Shown here in pieces: positions 16,039-26,300 of a stretch of 64,000 bases of DNA. The position numbers and the translations under genes were made by a program. Source of the stretch: Armatimonadota bacterium (GTDB taxonomy: Bacteria; Armatimonadota; SYMT01); assembly GCA_046292385.1 (NCBI GenBank), contig JBKBRF010000006.1, forward strand, positions 64,001-128,000. The letters are read 5' to 3'. A model generated the notes under the pieces. The model had not been told where the DNA came from, ran no database searches, and saw nothing but the letters and a program-made list of their open reading frames with translations. Position 1 is the first letter of the stretch. Each line of letters begins with the position of its first letter.

Positions 16039-18882
16039 CTACTCCTTGCCGGCTTTGAACACGTCGGTCAGGTCGCGGGTGCCGCGCTCCAGGTAGGGGA
16101 CGCCGCGCTCCATCCAGTCCGGGCGGGGCTTGCCGAGCAGGTGGTGGTCGAAAAACTCGTCCTGGTGGACCGTCCAGTGCTTCTGGTTGGCGCGGGTCCG
16201 CAGGCCGTGATCTTCGCCGTTGTAGTTGAAGAGGTAGGCCTCTTTCCCTAGCCGCCGGAGCGCGGTGAAGAACTCGATCCCCTGGTACCACGGCACGGCA
16301 CCGTCGGCGTCGTTGTGGATCGTGAGGTAGGGGGTGGTGACCTTGTCGACCCAGAAGATCGGGGAGTTCTCGATGAACTGGAGCGGGCGCTCCCACGGCG
16401 GGCCGCCGATGCGGCTCTGCGTCTTCTCATACTGGAAGGCGCGCGACATCCCGCTGCCCCAGCGGATCCCGCCGTACGCGCTGATCATGTTGGCGACCGA
16501 CGCGCCCGCCTGCGCCGCCCGGAAGAGGTGCGTCCGGGTGATCAGGTAGTTGATCTGGTAGGCGCCCCAGCTATGACCCTGGATGCCGACTCGCTCCGGA
16601 TCGGCGAGGCCCATCTCGATCACTCGCTGGACCGCGGGCAGCACGCACTTGAGCGCGCTCTCGCCTGGGTAGCCGGTGTCGTAGACGATGTCCGGCTGGA
16701 GCACCAGGTAGCCGCTGCTCACGTAGCGCGCGATGTTGATGCTGGTGCCGGGAGCGGGGGCGACATACCGGTGCAGCCCCTCGGAGCGGGTCTCGTAGAT
16801 GTAGACCATCAGCGGCAGTCGCTGGCCCGGCTGCCAGTTTTCCGGACGGGTCAGGATCCCGCGCAGCGGCTTGCCGTCGGTGCTGCGGTACTCGATCAGC
16901 TCGCTGCGGCCCCAGACGTACTTCGCCTGCTGCGGGTTCGCGTCGGTGAGTTTCCGCATCCCGGAAAAGCTCCCGTCACTCACCCAGAGGTCCGGGTACT
17001 CGTCGAACCGCTGCAGCGAGAAGAGCAGCGTCTCGCCGTCCTTCGCCTTCGAGAGGGAGCCGAACTCTTTGTCGAGCATCACCACGCGGGTGGGGCTGCT
17101 CCCCGCGGCGAGGGAGACACGATAGTAGCCGGTGGCGCGCGTCCGCTCGTCGGCGGCGGAGAGCAGCAGCGGCTGGTCTTCCGGGACGGTCCTCTGCTCC
17201 GGATCGAGGCGGACGTAGCGGAAGACGGTCTGCCGCGCGCGCCCCTCGCCGGCGGTGACGCAGCGGGTCTCGCCGGTCTCCGGGTTCGCCTCCCAGAGGT
17301 CGTACCGGTCGTAGATCAGCACGCGGCGGTCGTCTCCGGTCCAGCCGGCTACCCCGTACGGCCGCGGCATGTCCGGGGTGTCCCACGTCTCGTCGACGAA
17401 CTTGACCGGGAGCTTGCCGGTGAGGTTGACCGTCTTCCCGTCCTTCACGCGCCGGGCGTGCCACGCGCCGTCCTCGTCCGAGAAGTAGAGGACGAACTTG
17501 CCCTCGGGGGAGAGGGAGGCGCCGGAGCGGGAGCGGGTGAGCACCTTCTCGCGCGAGCCGTCCTGCTGGTCGACCAGGTAGACGTCGCTGTACCGGCCGT
17601 CCCAGGAGATCTGCGCGCGGTAAGGAACGTCGCTCTCGCCCAGGGCGTACCGCCCGGCCGGCGGAATGCTGACGGACGGGAGCTCGTCCGAGGCGAGCGG
17701 GGTGAGCTTACGATTGCGCAGGTCCCAGGTAGCGAGAAAGCTGCGGCGGCGCGCGCCGTTGGCCTGGATCTTCTGCATCGGCTGGAGGTACTCGTCCTGC
17801 CAGTGCCAGATGTCGACGTTCACCGGCTCGCCCTTCTTCGCCGGCTCCGGGGTGTCCGGCGCTACACCGAAGTAGAGGCGGTCGCCGTCGCGGGAGAAGC
17901 TGACGTTCGCGGTATCCGCCAGGCGGTGCTTCGCCGGGAAGCCGGGGGTCCCGGCGGAGACGACCTCCGCCGCGGTGCCGTTCCCCGCCTTCCAGGTGTA
18001 GAGCTTGAACGCGGGGGTCTTCGACTTCTGGTCGTCCCGGTCGCCCAGGAACGCAAGCTGCGCGCCCTCCTCGTTCCAGGCCCACTGCTTCACGCTCTGC
18101 GTGCCGGTCAGCACGGGGCGGGGAGCGCTCACCCCGTCCCGCTCGATCTTCCGCGCGAAGAGACCGTCGTTCGCGTCCGCCGCGGAGGCGACGGTGTAGA
18201 CCAGCCAGGAGCCGTCCTCGTTCCAGAGGAAGTCCGCCACCTCCGGTAGCCGCGTCTCCGCTCCGGTGCCCAGGTGGCGGAGGACCAGCTCCGTTCCGAG
18301 GGTCTTCTTCTTCGCCTCGGGGGCTGCCGCTCCGCCCTCTTTGCTCTCCTTCGCCGGAGCCGGTGCGGCGGCGGACGAGGGCGGCGTCTCTAGATGATAG
18401 GCGGCGAGATCACCCTTCTTCGCGGGAAGCCGGAAGCTCTTCACCCGCTCGATCCGCGTCAGCTTTCCATCCGCCAGCGACACGATCCCGAGCGCGCTCT
18501 TCGGCTGGTCTTCCGGCTTCTTCTTCTCCTTCTGCGCCTTCTCCAGCTCCTCTTTGTCCGGCGGGACCAGGAAGAGCACCGCGCGGCCGTCCGGCGAGAA
18601 CTGCGCGGAGGTGGCTCGCGCGTACCGGTGCTCGCGGTCATCCCGGGTGCTCCGCAGCACCAGCTCGCCGTCGCCTTCCTGCCGCCCCAGGGTGTAGAGG
18701 ACCCAGTCTCCGCCGGGGGAGAGGCGCGGACCCTGGATGGAGCGCCACTCGCTCCAGGCAGCATAGGTGAGCGGGCGCTTCGGAGCGGGCTGCTGTGCCG
18801 AGACGGCCAGCGGAGCCGCCACGCAGCCGGCGAGCAGCGCGTACGAGAGGAGAGTGCGACGGGCGGGAAGGGTGGAGCGCAT
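16039..18882 (-). CDS. Secreted S9 (prolyl oligopeptidase/dipeptidyl peptidase) family serine peptidase
   Basis: Signal peptide, beta-propeller region, nucleophile GHSWG, DGAVP (Asp), GEDHG (His). Confidence 0.92.
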   Translation of the reverse strand: MRSTLPARRTLLSYALLAGCVAAPLAVSAQQPAPKRPLTYAAWSEWRSIQGPRLSPGGDWVLYTLGRQEGDGELVLRSTRDDREHRYARATSAQFSPDGRAVLFLVPPDKEELEKAQKEKKKPEDQPKSALGIVSLADGKLTRIERVKSFRLPAKKGDLAAYHLETPPSSAAAPAPAKESKEGGAAAPEAKKKTLGTELVLRHLGTGAETRLPEVADFLWNEDGSWLVYTVASAADANDGLFARKIERDGVSAPRPVLTGTQSVKQWAWNEEGAQLAFLGDRDDQKSKTPAFKLYTWKAGNGTAAEVVSAGTPGFPAKHRLADTANVSFSRDGDRLYFGVAPDTPEPAKKGEPVNVDIWHWQDEYLQPMQKIQANGARRRSFLATWDLRNRKLTPLASDELPSVSIPPAGRYALGESDVPYRAQISWDGRYSDVYLVDQQDGSREKVLTRSRSGASLSPEGKFVLYFSDEDGAWHARRVKDGKTVNLTGKLPVKFVDETWDTPDMPRPYGVAGWTGDDRRVLIYDRYDLWEANPETGETRCVTAGEGRARQTVFRYVRLDPEQRTVPEDQPLLLSAADERTRATGYYRVSLAAGSSPTRVVMLDKEFGSLSKAKDGETLLFSLQRFDEYPDLWVSDGSFSGMRKLTDANPQQAKYVWGRSELIEYRSTDGKPLRGILTRPENWQPGQRLPLMVYIYETRSEGLHRYVAPAPGTSINIARYVSSGYLVLQPDIVYDTGYPGESALKCVLPAVQRVIEMGLADPERVGIQGHSWGAYQINYLITRTHLFRAAQAGASVANMISAYGGIRWGSGMSRAFQYEKTQSRIGGPPWERPLQFIENSPIFWVDKVTTPYLTIHNDADGAVPWYQGIEFFTALRRLGKEAYLFNYNGEDHGLRTRANQKHWTVHQDEFFDHHLLGKPRPDWMERGVPYLERGTRDLTDVFKAGKE

Positions 18883-18982
18883 GGGCGGGAAACCTGAATC
18901 GCGCGCGAGGAGGGATGCCTCACTGTTGGCGAAACGGGACTGCGAGACCTCCGATGGCAACAACCGCCATTCACCCTTGATC

Positions 18983-19030
18983 TGCCGGAGTTAACTCCGG
19001 CAATTGGGCCGTCCGGGAGTTAACTCCCGG
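18983..19030. repeat. Tandem pair of perfect palindromes (GGAGTTAACTCC core)
   Basis: TGCCGGAGTTAACTCCGGCA (18983-19002) and CCGGGAGTTAACTCCCGG (19013-19030). Related to the CCGGAGTGAACTCCGG arm of REP family A. Confidence 0.75.
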
Positions 19031-19041
19031 CCATAACACAC

Positions 19042-19860
19042 TCACTCCACGCCCTGGCAGCGCGGGCAGAAGTAAGTCGACCGTGCGTCGATCCCCTGGC
19101 GGCGCATGCGGACCGGCTCGCCGCAGGCCCGGCACGGCTCGCCGCTGCGGCCGTAGACCCAGAGCCGCTTCCCTTCGTCCAGGCCGAAGACGGTGCGCCG
19201 CGACCCGCCGGAGCGGTTGAGCGTGAGGAGCCGGTGCGACTCGGTGATCAGCCCGCGCAGCGTCTCTTCCGGAAGCTCTCCGACCCGCGCGAACGGGCTG
19301 ACCCGGCAGACGAAGAGCACTTCCGACTTGTAGATGTTGCCGACCCCCGCCAGCACTCGCTGGTTCAGGAGCGCCACGGCGATCTCGCTCTCGGGCAGCC
19401 GCTGCAGCCGGCGGAGCGCCTCCTCCGGGTCGAACTCCGGGGTGATGGCGTCGGGGCCGAGGCTGCGGAGGTCGGGATGGCGGTCGGCCTGCCATGCCGA
19501 GAGCAGCTCCACCACCGGCGCGCTGAAGCAGGGCACCACAAAGGCGTCGGTATGGATTACCACCCTGGCGTAGCGCTCCGGCTTCTGCCACTTCTCTCCG
19601 GGGCGGTAGACGTGCCAGGAGCCGGTCATCCGCATGTGCGTGTGCAGCACCAGCGGTCCGGCGGGCGGCGCCGCGCTGAAGCGGATCAGCAGGTGCTTCC
19701 CGCGCGGCTCCACCGCCTCCACGGTGCGACCGGCGACCGGGGTCCGAGAATCGACCGCCGCCACCTCCGGCACCAGCGCGTCGAACCGGGTGACCACCCG
19801 TTCGAGCAGCGCCTTGCGGAGCGTGGCGGCGGTGCGATAAATGGTGTCACCCTCTGGCAT
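19042..19860 (-). CDS. nei: Fpg/Nei-family DNA glycosylase/AP lyase (endonuclease VIII-like)
   Basis: N-terminal MPEGD, RGKHL, HMRMTGSW, H2TH motif LLNQRVLAGVGNIY, C-terminal CxxC..CxxC zinc finger. Confidence 0.93.
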   Translation of the reverse strand: MPEGDTIYRTAATLRKALLERVVTRFDALVPEVAAVDSRTPVAGRTVEAVEPRGKHLLIRFSAAPPAGPLVLHTHMRMTGSWHVYRPGEKWQKPERYARVVIHTDAFVVPCFSAPVVELLSAWQADRHPDLRSLGPDAITPEFDPEEALRRLQRLPESEIAVALLNQRVLAGVGNIYKSEVLFVCRVSPFARVGELPEETLRGLITESHRLLTLNRSGGSRRTVFGLDEGKRLWVYGRSGEPCRACGEPVRMRRQGIDARSTYFCPRCQGVE

Positions 19861-19869
19861 GGCGGCACC

Positions 19870-19875
19870 ATTATA
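19870..19875 (-). promoter_or_regulatory. Perfect -10 box (TATAAT) just upstream of nei; near-leaderless transcript
   Basis: Minus strand reads GGG-TATAAT-GGTGCCGCC-ATG, with no SD sequence. Confidence 0.6.
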
Positions 19876-19884
19876 CCCTTCCGG

Positions 19885-22800
19885 CTACGGAGAGATCGTC
19901 AGCTCCGCGCTTCGGACTACCTTCGCGTGGGTGGCGGTGATGGTGACCACGCCGCCCTTCTTCGCCTTCTTGCTCTTGCCCACCTGGATCACGAAGGTGG
20001 CCGAGCTCTTCCCTTTCTTGACTTTCACCTTGCCCGGTACCTTCGCCAGCTTGCCGTCGCTCGAGGTGAGCCTAACGGTGGCCGCCTTGGGCAGCGGCTG
20101 GTTGAAGACGACCGTCGCCTTCACCTTCTTGTTCGGCTTCGTGGCGCCCTTCTGCAGCCGGATCTCCAGCAGCATCAGCGGAGCGCTGCCGGCGAAGTCA
20201 ATCCCGGTGCGAGAGGGGCCGACGCTGACGCTGCGGGACGACGGCTCGAACTCGTAGCCGTCCTTCTCCGCCTTTACGGTGTAGCTTCCGGCACGCACTC
20301 CTTCCAGGCGGTAGGTGCCGTCCGCGCCGGTGGTGGCGGTGTGCGTGCCGGCGGTGACCGTCGCGCCGGAGAGCCCGTTCTTTCCGTCCCGCACGGTGCC
20401 GGAGATCGTGTAGGTGCGGACCGCGGCGGTGAACTCCAGCCCGTCCTGGCTCGGACCGACGGTGACGGAGCGCGAGGCGGGGGAGAAGTCGTACTCCGCC
20501 AGCTCCGGCGTGACCGTGAAAGTGCCGGCCGAAACCCCGGTGATGCTGAAGGTACCGTCGGCGGCGGAGACGCCCGACGCACTGCCCGCGCGGACGGTGA
20601 CGCCCTGCAGGCCCGCGCCGTTCTCCAGGATCCGCCCACTGATGACGAACATATCGGGCGGCGCGACGCTGAAGCTGACGTTCGCCGCGTCCGGCCCGAG
20701 GGTGACGCTCCGCGACGCCGGCAGGAAGGTCTTGCCGGAGAGGGAGGCGGTGACCGTGTAGTCTCCTGCCGGGAGATCCCGCAGGGTGTAGCTGCCGGTG
20801 ACGTTGGTGGTGGCGGTCCGGTCGCCGGCCGTGATCGTGACGCCGGAGAGACCGGAGGTGCCTTCCGTAACCTTCCCACTGATCGAGAAGACGGGGGAGG
20901 CGGAGAAGTCGATGCCCGCCGTGTTCGCGGAGAGGGTGACGCTGCGGTTCGCGGGGGAGAACTTATAGCCAGTCTTCGCGGGTACCACCGTGTAGGTGCC
21001 GCCCACCAGCCCGGCGATCGAGTAGCTGCCGTCCGCGGCGGTGGTGGCGGAGCTGCCGCCCGCGCTCACGGTGACGCCCCCGAGGCCTACTCCGCCCGCG
21101 GTGACGGTACCGCTCACCGTGTAGGTCACCTCGGTGGCGGTGAAGTCGACGTCGTTCCGGCTCGACCCGAGGGTAATCGACCGGGAGGTCGGATTGAAGG
21201 TGTAACGGGTGCTGGTCGGCTGCACCACGTAAGTCCCGTCCGCCAGGCCGTCCAGCACGTAGCGGCCGTCGGCCGCGGTGGTGGCGGAGCCGGCGCCGAT
21301 GTTGACGGTGATCCCGGAGAGACCGGTGCCGTTCAGCGTGATCCGCCCGCCGATGCTCTTGGAGCCGACGGCGCCGGTGAAGTCGACGCCGCTCACGTCG
21401 GCGCTGACGGTGATGCTCCGGGAGGCCGGGGTAAAGACGTAGCCGGCGCGCGCGGGCGTGACGGTATAGCTCCCGCCCTCTACCCCGGTAACGGTGTAGG
21501 TGCCGTCCGCGGCGGTGGTGGCGGTCTTCGTCCCGATCGTGACGGTGACGCCGCTCAGCCCGCTTCCGCCGGCGGTGACGGTGCCGGTGACGCGGTAGAC
21601 GGGCGCGGAGGGCAAGGCGCGGTGCACGTTCAGCCGGCCGGCGGTGACGGCCTTCCCGTTCAGCGCGCTGACCGGATCGGTGTTCTGCAGCAGCCGGTTC
21701 TTCAGGTCGGCGACCGAGAGCCCCGGCGCATAGGAGAGCAGCAGGGCGGCCGCCCCCGCCACATGGGGCGCCGCCATGGAAGTGCCGCTGGCGTAGGCGT
21801 AGCCGTTGTTTGGATAGGTGCTAAGGATCGTCACCCCCGGGGCGCCGAGCTGGACCGTTTGCGCTCCGTAGTTGGAGAAGCCGGCGAGCTGGTCGTTCCG
21901 GTTCAGCGCCGCCACGGAGACGATGTTATCGAGCTGGGTGCTGTACGCCGCCGGGTAGTCCGGGATCACGTCGTTGTTGTCGCCGATCCCGTCGTCGCCG
22001 CCGTTCCCGGCCGCGGCGACGAAGAGCATGCCGGCCTCCCGGGTGCGCTGGATCGCCTCGAAGAGAAGCTGGCTGGGCCCGCCGCCGCCCCAACTGTTGC
22101 TCGTCAGCGCGGCGCCGTTCAGGCGGGCGAAGTCGATCGCCTGGATCGCCCCGGAGGTGGTGCCGTCCCCGTTCCCGTCGAGGAACTTGAGCGGCATGAT
22201 CTTCGCCTGCTGGCAGACGCCGGTCACGCCGATCCCGTTGTTGCCCTCCGCCGCGATCGTGCCCGCGCAGTGGGTGCCGTGACCCTCGTCGTCCATCGGG
22301 TCGGCGTCGTTGTTGATGAAGTCGCGGCCGATCACCTTGCCGGTGTCGTCGCGGAAGATGTTGTCGTTCAGGTCGGGATGGTTGTAGTCCACCCCGGTAT
22401 CGATCACGGCAACCACGACCCCGGCGCCGCGGGTGATGTCCCACGCCTCCGGCGCATCGATGTCGGCATCGGCGGTCCCGCCGCCCTGCCCGCGGTTGTG
22501 GAGCCCCCAGAGCTCGTCGAAATACGGGTCGTTCGGCACCGCGGCCCGGCGGACGATGTAGTCCGGCTCCGCCACCCGCACGCTGGGATCGCGGCGGAGC
22601 TGCGCCAGCGCGCGCTCCACGTTCATGCCGGCCGCGAACTGCGCGGGCGGGATCGCCAGCCGGGCGAAGTGCGGGCTCGCCGCCTCGGCGCTGTCGACCG
22701 CCAGCCCCAGCCGCGCCACCGCGCCGAGCCGGCTCGGCACCGGCGCCCCTTCGTGGAACGCCACCAGCACCCGGTCCGGCACGTAGCCATAGCGGCCGGC

Positions 22801-22908
22801 CGGCACGCCGTCTCCGGCCGCGCCGCGCCCGGAGAGCAGCAGCGGCAGGAACAGCGCGAGGAGGAGCAGCAGGAGCGGGGAGCGACGGACGGACACGGCA
22901 GACGACAT
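19885..22908 (-). CDS. Secreted S8 subtilase with about six carboxypeptidase-regulatory-like repeats and a Lys-rich C-terminal Ig-like domain
   Basis: Catalytic triad VIDTG, HGTHCAG, SGTSMAAPH. Tandem ~78-aa repeats (GLSGVTV..TAADGTY..YTVTP..F.PASRSVT). Confidence 0.92.
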   Translation of the reverse strand: MSSAVSVRRSPLLLLLLALFLPLLLSGRGAAGDGVPAGRYGYVPDRVLVAFHEGAPVPSRLGAVARLGLAVDSAEAASPHFARLAIPPAQFAAGMNVERALAQLRRDPSVRVAEPDYIVRRAAVPNDPYFDELWGLHNRGQGGGTADADIDAPEAWDITRGAGVVVAVIDTGVDYNHPDLNDNIFRDDTGKVIGRDFINNDADPMDDEGHGTHCAGTIAAEGNNGIGVTGVCQQAKIMPLKFLDGNGDGTTSGAIQAIDFARLNGAALTSNSWGGGGPSQLLFEAIQRTREAGMLFVAAAGNGGDDGIGDNNDVIPDYPAAYSTQLDNIVSVAALNRNDQLAGFSNYGAQTVQLGAPGVTILSTYPNNGYAYASGTSMAAPHVAGAAALLLSYAPGLSVADLKNRLLQNTDPVSALNGKAVTAGRLNVHRALPSAPVYRVTGTVTAGGSGLSGVTVTIGTKTATTAADGTYTVTGVEGGSYTVTPARAGYVFTPASRSITVSADVSGVDFTGAVGSKSIGGRITLNGTGLSGITVNIGAGSATTAADGRYVLDGLADGTYVVQPTSTRYTFNPTSRSITLGSSRNDVDFTATEVTYTVSGTVTAGGVGLGGVTVSAGGSSATTAADGSYSIAGLVGGTYTVVPAKTGYKFSPANRSVTLSANTAGIDFSASPVFSISGKVTEGTSGLSGVTITAGDRTATTNVTGSYTLRDLPAGDYTVTASLSGKTFLPASRSVTLGPDAANVSFSVAPPDMFVISGRILENGAGLQGVTVRAGSASGVSAADGTFSITGVSAGTFTVTPELAEYDFSPASRSVTVGPSQDGLEFTAAVRTYTISGTVRDGKNGLSGATVTAGTHTATTGADGTYRLEGVRAGSYTVKAEKDGYEFEPSSRSVSVGPSRTGIDFAGSAPLMLLEIRLQKGATKPNKKVKATVVFNQPLPKAATVRLTSSDGKLAKVPGKVKVKKGKSSATFVIQVGKSKKAKKGGVVTITATHAKVVRSAELTISP

Positions 22909-23030
22909 GAAGACCCCTGTAACAGCGGGAAAGAAGGCACGGAGAGACAGTGCTCCCCGGATTGTTAGACGAGCGGACGAACGCCGGGAGTTCAACGGGT
23001 TGTGAGCCGAGGTACTCTCGTGAGGGGATT

Positions 23031-23383
23031 CCGAACCCTTTCAGGAGATGAGGGGATGTGGGAACGGGGATGAGGGGGATGGGCAGCCGGTTTGAGCTGT
23101 AGCTTCCACCCAGGTTGTCCGGTCTCCCGCCTCGGCCCGGCGCCGTTCGGTTATACAGCGACGGGGATGATTATCGGTAGGGAGGCGGTCGGAGTGCGAC
23201 CGCGCGCTTCACGATACTACGCCTCGTGCCGCGCTCCCTGGCGGCGCCGCTGCCCACCGGGGAATTGCCCCGGCCCGGCTTGCCGCGGGAGAAAGAGAAC
23301 GAGAAGGAGAACGAGCTGGGTTCGGTTGGCTGCCCATCCCCACCATCTCCCCCAGAATCCCCACATCTCCTGAGAAGGTCCGG
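23031..23383. repeat. Inverted pair of family G repeats with CCGAACC ends
   Basis: CCGAACCCTTTCAGGAGATGAGGGGAT..GGGCAGCC (23031-23088) and an inverted copy at 23318-23383, preceded by (GAGAAC)n hexamers. Confidence 0.75.
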
Positions 23384-23389
23384 CGCGAA

Positions 23390-26300
23390 TCAGGCCCTCC
23401 GCATGAAGCCGTGGATGCCGAAGGTGAAGCCGGCCTCCCGGAGAGCGGGGGCGAGCGGGGTTTCCTGCGCGGGGCGGCCGTCGACCTCTTTGATGAACAC
23501 CGCGCGGCGGGCGCCGGTCTCCACCAGGTTCGCGAGCGCGCCGGCGATCTCGGCCGCGACCTGCGCCGGCTCACGGTCCGGCAGCCCTTCGAAAAACGTC
23601 AGAAGCTGGCGCTCGGCGCGCCCCATCCAGGCGGCGAGGGCGCCGTCGACCAGCACCACCAGCGCTCCGGCGGCACGGGCGGGACGGCGGCCTTCTTCTC
23701 GCTCCGGCCAGGGGAGCGCCGCGCCGTAGGGGTTGGCGGGGTCGGTGGCGGCGAGGAGCACCGTCTGCGGCTCCTCTTCCGGGTCGCGGAGAGTCCGGAG
23801 GCGGTCGAGGGCGCCGGGGAGGGCGAACTGGGTGCCGCCGCGGCCGCTGACGAAGTAGCCGCGGCGGAGGTGGCCGCTCTCCTCCATCCGACGCAGCACC
23901 GGGTAGACGCTGGTGAAGCCGCCGGGGGTCCCCTCGGCGTGGACCGCTTCCCGCGTGAGCACGCCGTGCCGCTCCAGGAGTTGCCGCGCCGCGGCGGCCA
24001 GGCGCTCCGTGGTGCTGGGGCTGCCGAAGAGCAGGCTCTCCACCAGCGACCACCGCCCGGAGACCTCCGGCGGGAGCAGCGCGCGCGGACGCAGGCCGAG
24101 CCGGCCGTAGGTCCGACGCTCCAGTCGCCGCCGCGGGGAGCCGTACGCGCGGAGCGGCTGGAGGGTGTCGTTCGTCACCTCGCCGGCCCAGACCAGATCC
24201 CAGAGCGCCGCCGTCACCTCCGGCTGGAACTTGCCGCCGCACGCCTGGAGGAGCTGCGCGAAGAAGGAGGCGCCGCGGGTGCGGAGGTGCTCCCGGATCA
24301 GGTGGTGCAGCTCGTGGTCCGGCGCGTCGGTCCGCGCGGGGAGCAGCAGCGGCGCGTGCTCGGTCAGGTAGAGGCCGAGGCGGCCGTCCCGCTCGCCGAG
24401 AGAGCCGGCGCCGACCCACAGCACCGTCCCGGAGGCGGTGAGCATGTCGAGCTCGTGCGAGTCGTACCGTTCCAGGCGGGCCGGCAGCACGCGCGTCTCC
24501 AGGTCGGACGCCGGGATCGAGGTCCCCTGGAGCTGTTCGATCACCTCCAGCAGCGCCTCCGGTCCGCGCCGGCGCGCCCCGATCCCCTGCCACGCCAGGT
24601 AGAGCCGGCCTAGGGCGCTCTGCTCCACCGGCTCCACTTCCCGCCGCAGCCGCGCCAGCGAGCGCTGCCGCAGGGTCCGCAGCACGCCGGCATCGCACCA
24701 CTCGCGGCCGGTGCCCCCCGGGCGGAGTTCCCCCTGCACCACTCGGCCGGCGCTCTCCATCCGCTGCAGCGCCGTCAGCACCGGCCCCTCGCCGGTCCCG
24801 AGCCGCAGCGCCACCTCGTGCACGGTGAACGGCCCGTGCGTCCGGGCGTACCGCGCCACCAGGTCGCCCACCGGATCGTCGACCGGCTCCAGAAATGCGA
24901 CCGGCAATCCCGGAGGCGGGGGGATGCCGAGCGCGTCCCGGTAGCGGGCCGCGTCTTCCGCGGCGATGTACCGCTCCTCGCCGCCCACCGGCAGCCGCAC
25001 CACCCGACGCTGCCGCTCGAGCTGGGTGAGGACTTCGGCAACGGTGACCTCTTCCCGCGCGGAGCGGTGCTCCAGCTCCTCGAACGAAAGATCGCCCAGG
25101 CGCAGGAGCAGGTCGTGGAGGCCGTCGGCGTGCCGGACCCGCCGCTCCGGCGTGAGATGCTGAAGCTGCAGCTCCAGCTCCGCCAGCACGTCCGGATCGA
25201 GCAGCTCCCGCAGCTCCACCTCGCCCAGCAGCTCCCGGAGCTGGGACGGATCGACCGTCAGCGCCTGCGCCCGCCGCTCCGCCAGCGGCGCGTCGCCCTC
25301 GTACATGAAGTTGGCGACGTAGTTGAACATCAGCGACGCCGCGAACGGCGAGGGGGAGCGGGTGGTGACCGGCACCACGCGGACCGCCCGGCGGCGGATG
25401 TCGCGCAGCAGCTCCGTCAGCGCCGGGAGGTCGAACACGTCCCGCAGGCACTCCCGGTAGGTCTCCAGCACGATCGGGAAGGAGCGGTAGCGGGCGGCGA
25501 CGTTCAGCAGGTCTGCCGCGCGCTTCCGCTGCTGCCAGAGCGGCGCGCGCTGCCCCGGGTAGCGGCGGGGGAGGAGCAGCGCGCGCATTGCCGCCTCGCG
25601 GAAGCGGGAGGCGAAGAGCGCGTTGACGACGGCGGAGCCGCTCGCCTCCCGGGCGCCGCCCCCGCCGACGCTGAGCTGGCGGATCACCAGCTCTTCCAGC
25701 TCCTCCGGGTCCGGGATCACCGCCTCGACCGGCGGCGGCTCCTCCGCCTCCGCGAAGCGGGCGACGATGCCGTCGTCGGTCCAGATCAGGTCGAGCTCCT
25801 GCTCCGTCCGCTCCCGGAACATCGCCCCGATCGCCATCGCCCACGCGGAGTGAACCTTGCCCCCGAACGGGCTCAGGATGCAGACGCGCCAGTCGCCCAG
25901 CTCGTCGAGGTACCGCTCCACCACGATGGTGCGGTCGTCCGGCACCGAGCCGGTCGCCTCCGCCTGCGCCTCCAGGTAGGCAAGCAGATTGGTCGCCGCG
26001 GCGGGCGTGAGGGAGTGCGTCTCGGCCAGGAAGCGGACCGCCTCCTCCGGCGCCATGCCGCGGACGGTACGACAGAGCGCCCCGATCGCGCGGCCGAACT
26101 CGAGCGGCCGGCCGGCCGTCTCCCCATGCCAGAACGGCATCTTCCCCGGCTGCCCCGGCGCGGGGGAGACGAGGACGCGGTCGTGCGTGATCTCCTCCAC
26201 CCGCCAGGTGGTGGCGCCCAGCACGAACGTCTCTCCGGGACGCGTCTCCAGTACCATCTCCTCGTCCAGCTCGCCGACCCGCCGCGAGGGGCCCCGGCCG

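Noticed and set aside
20170..21600. Regularly spaced DNA repeats resembling an array
   Set aside because: They are in-frame protein domain repeats of the subtilase stalk, not CRISPR.
19234..22968. 1244-aa plus-strand ORF
   Set aside because: Antisense to nei and the subtilase; Arg/Gly-rich non-protein-like composition.
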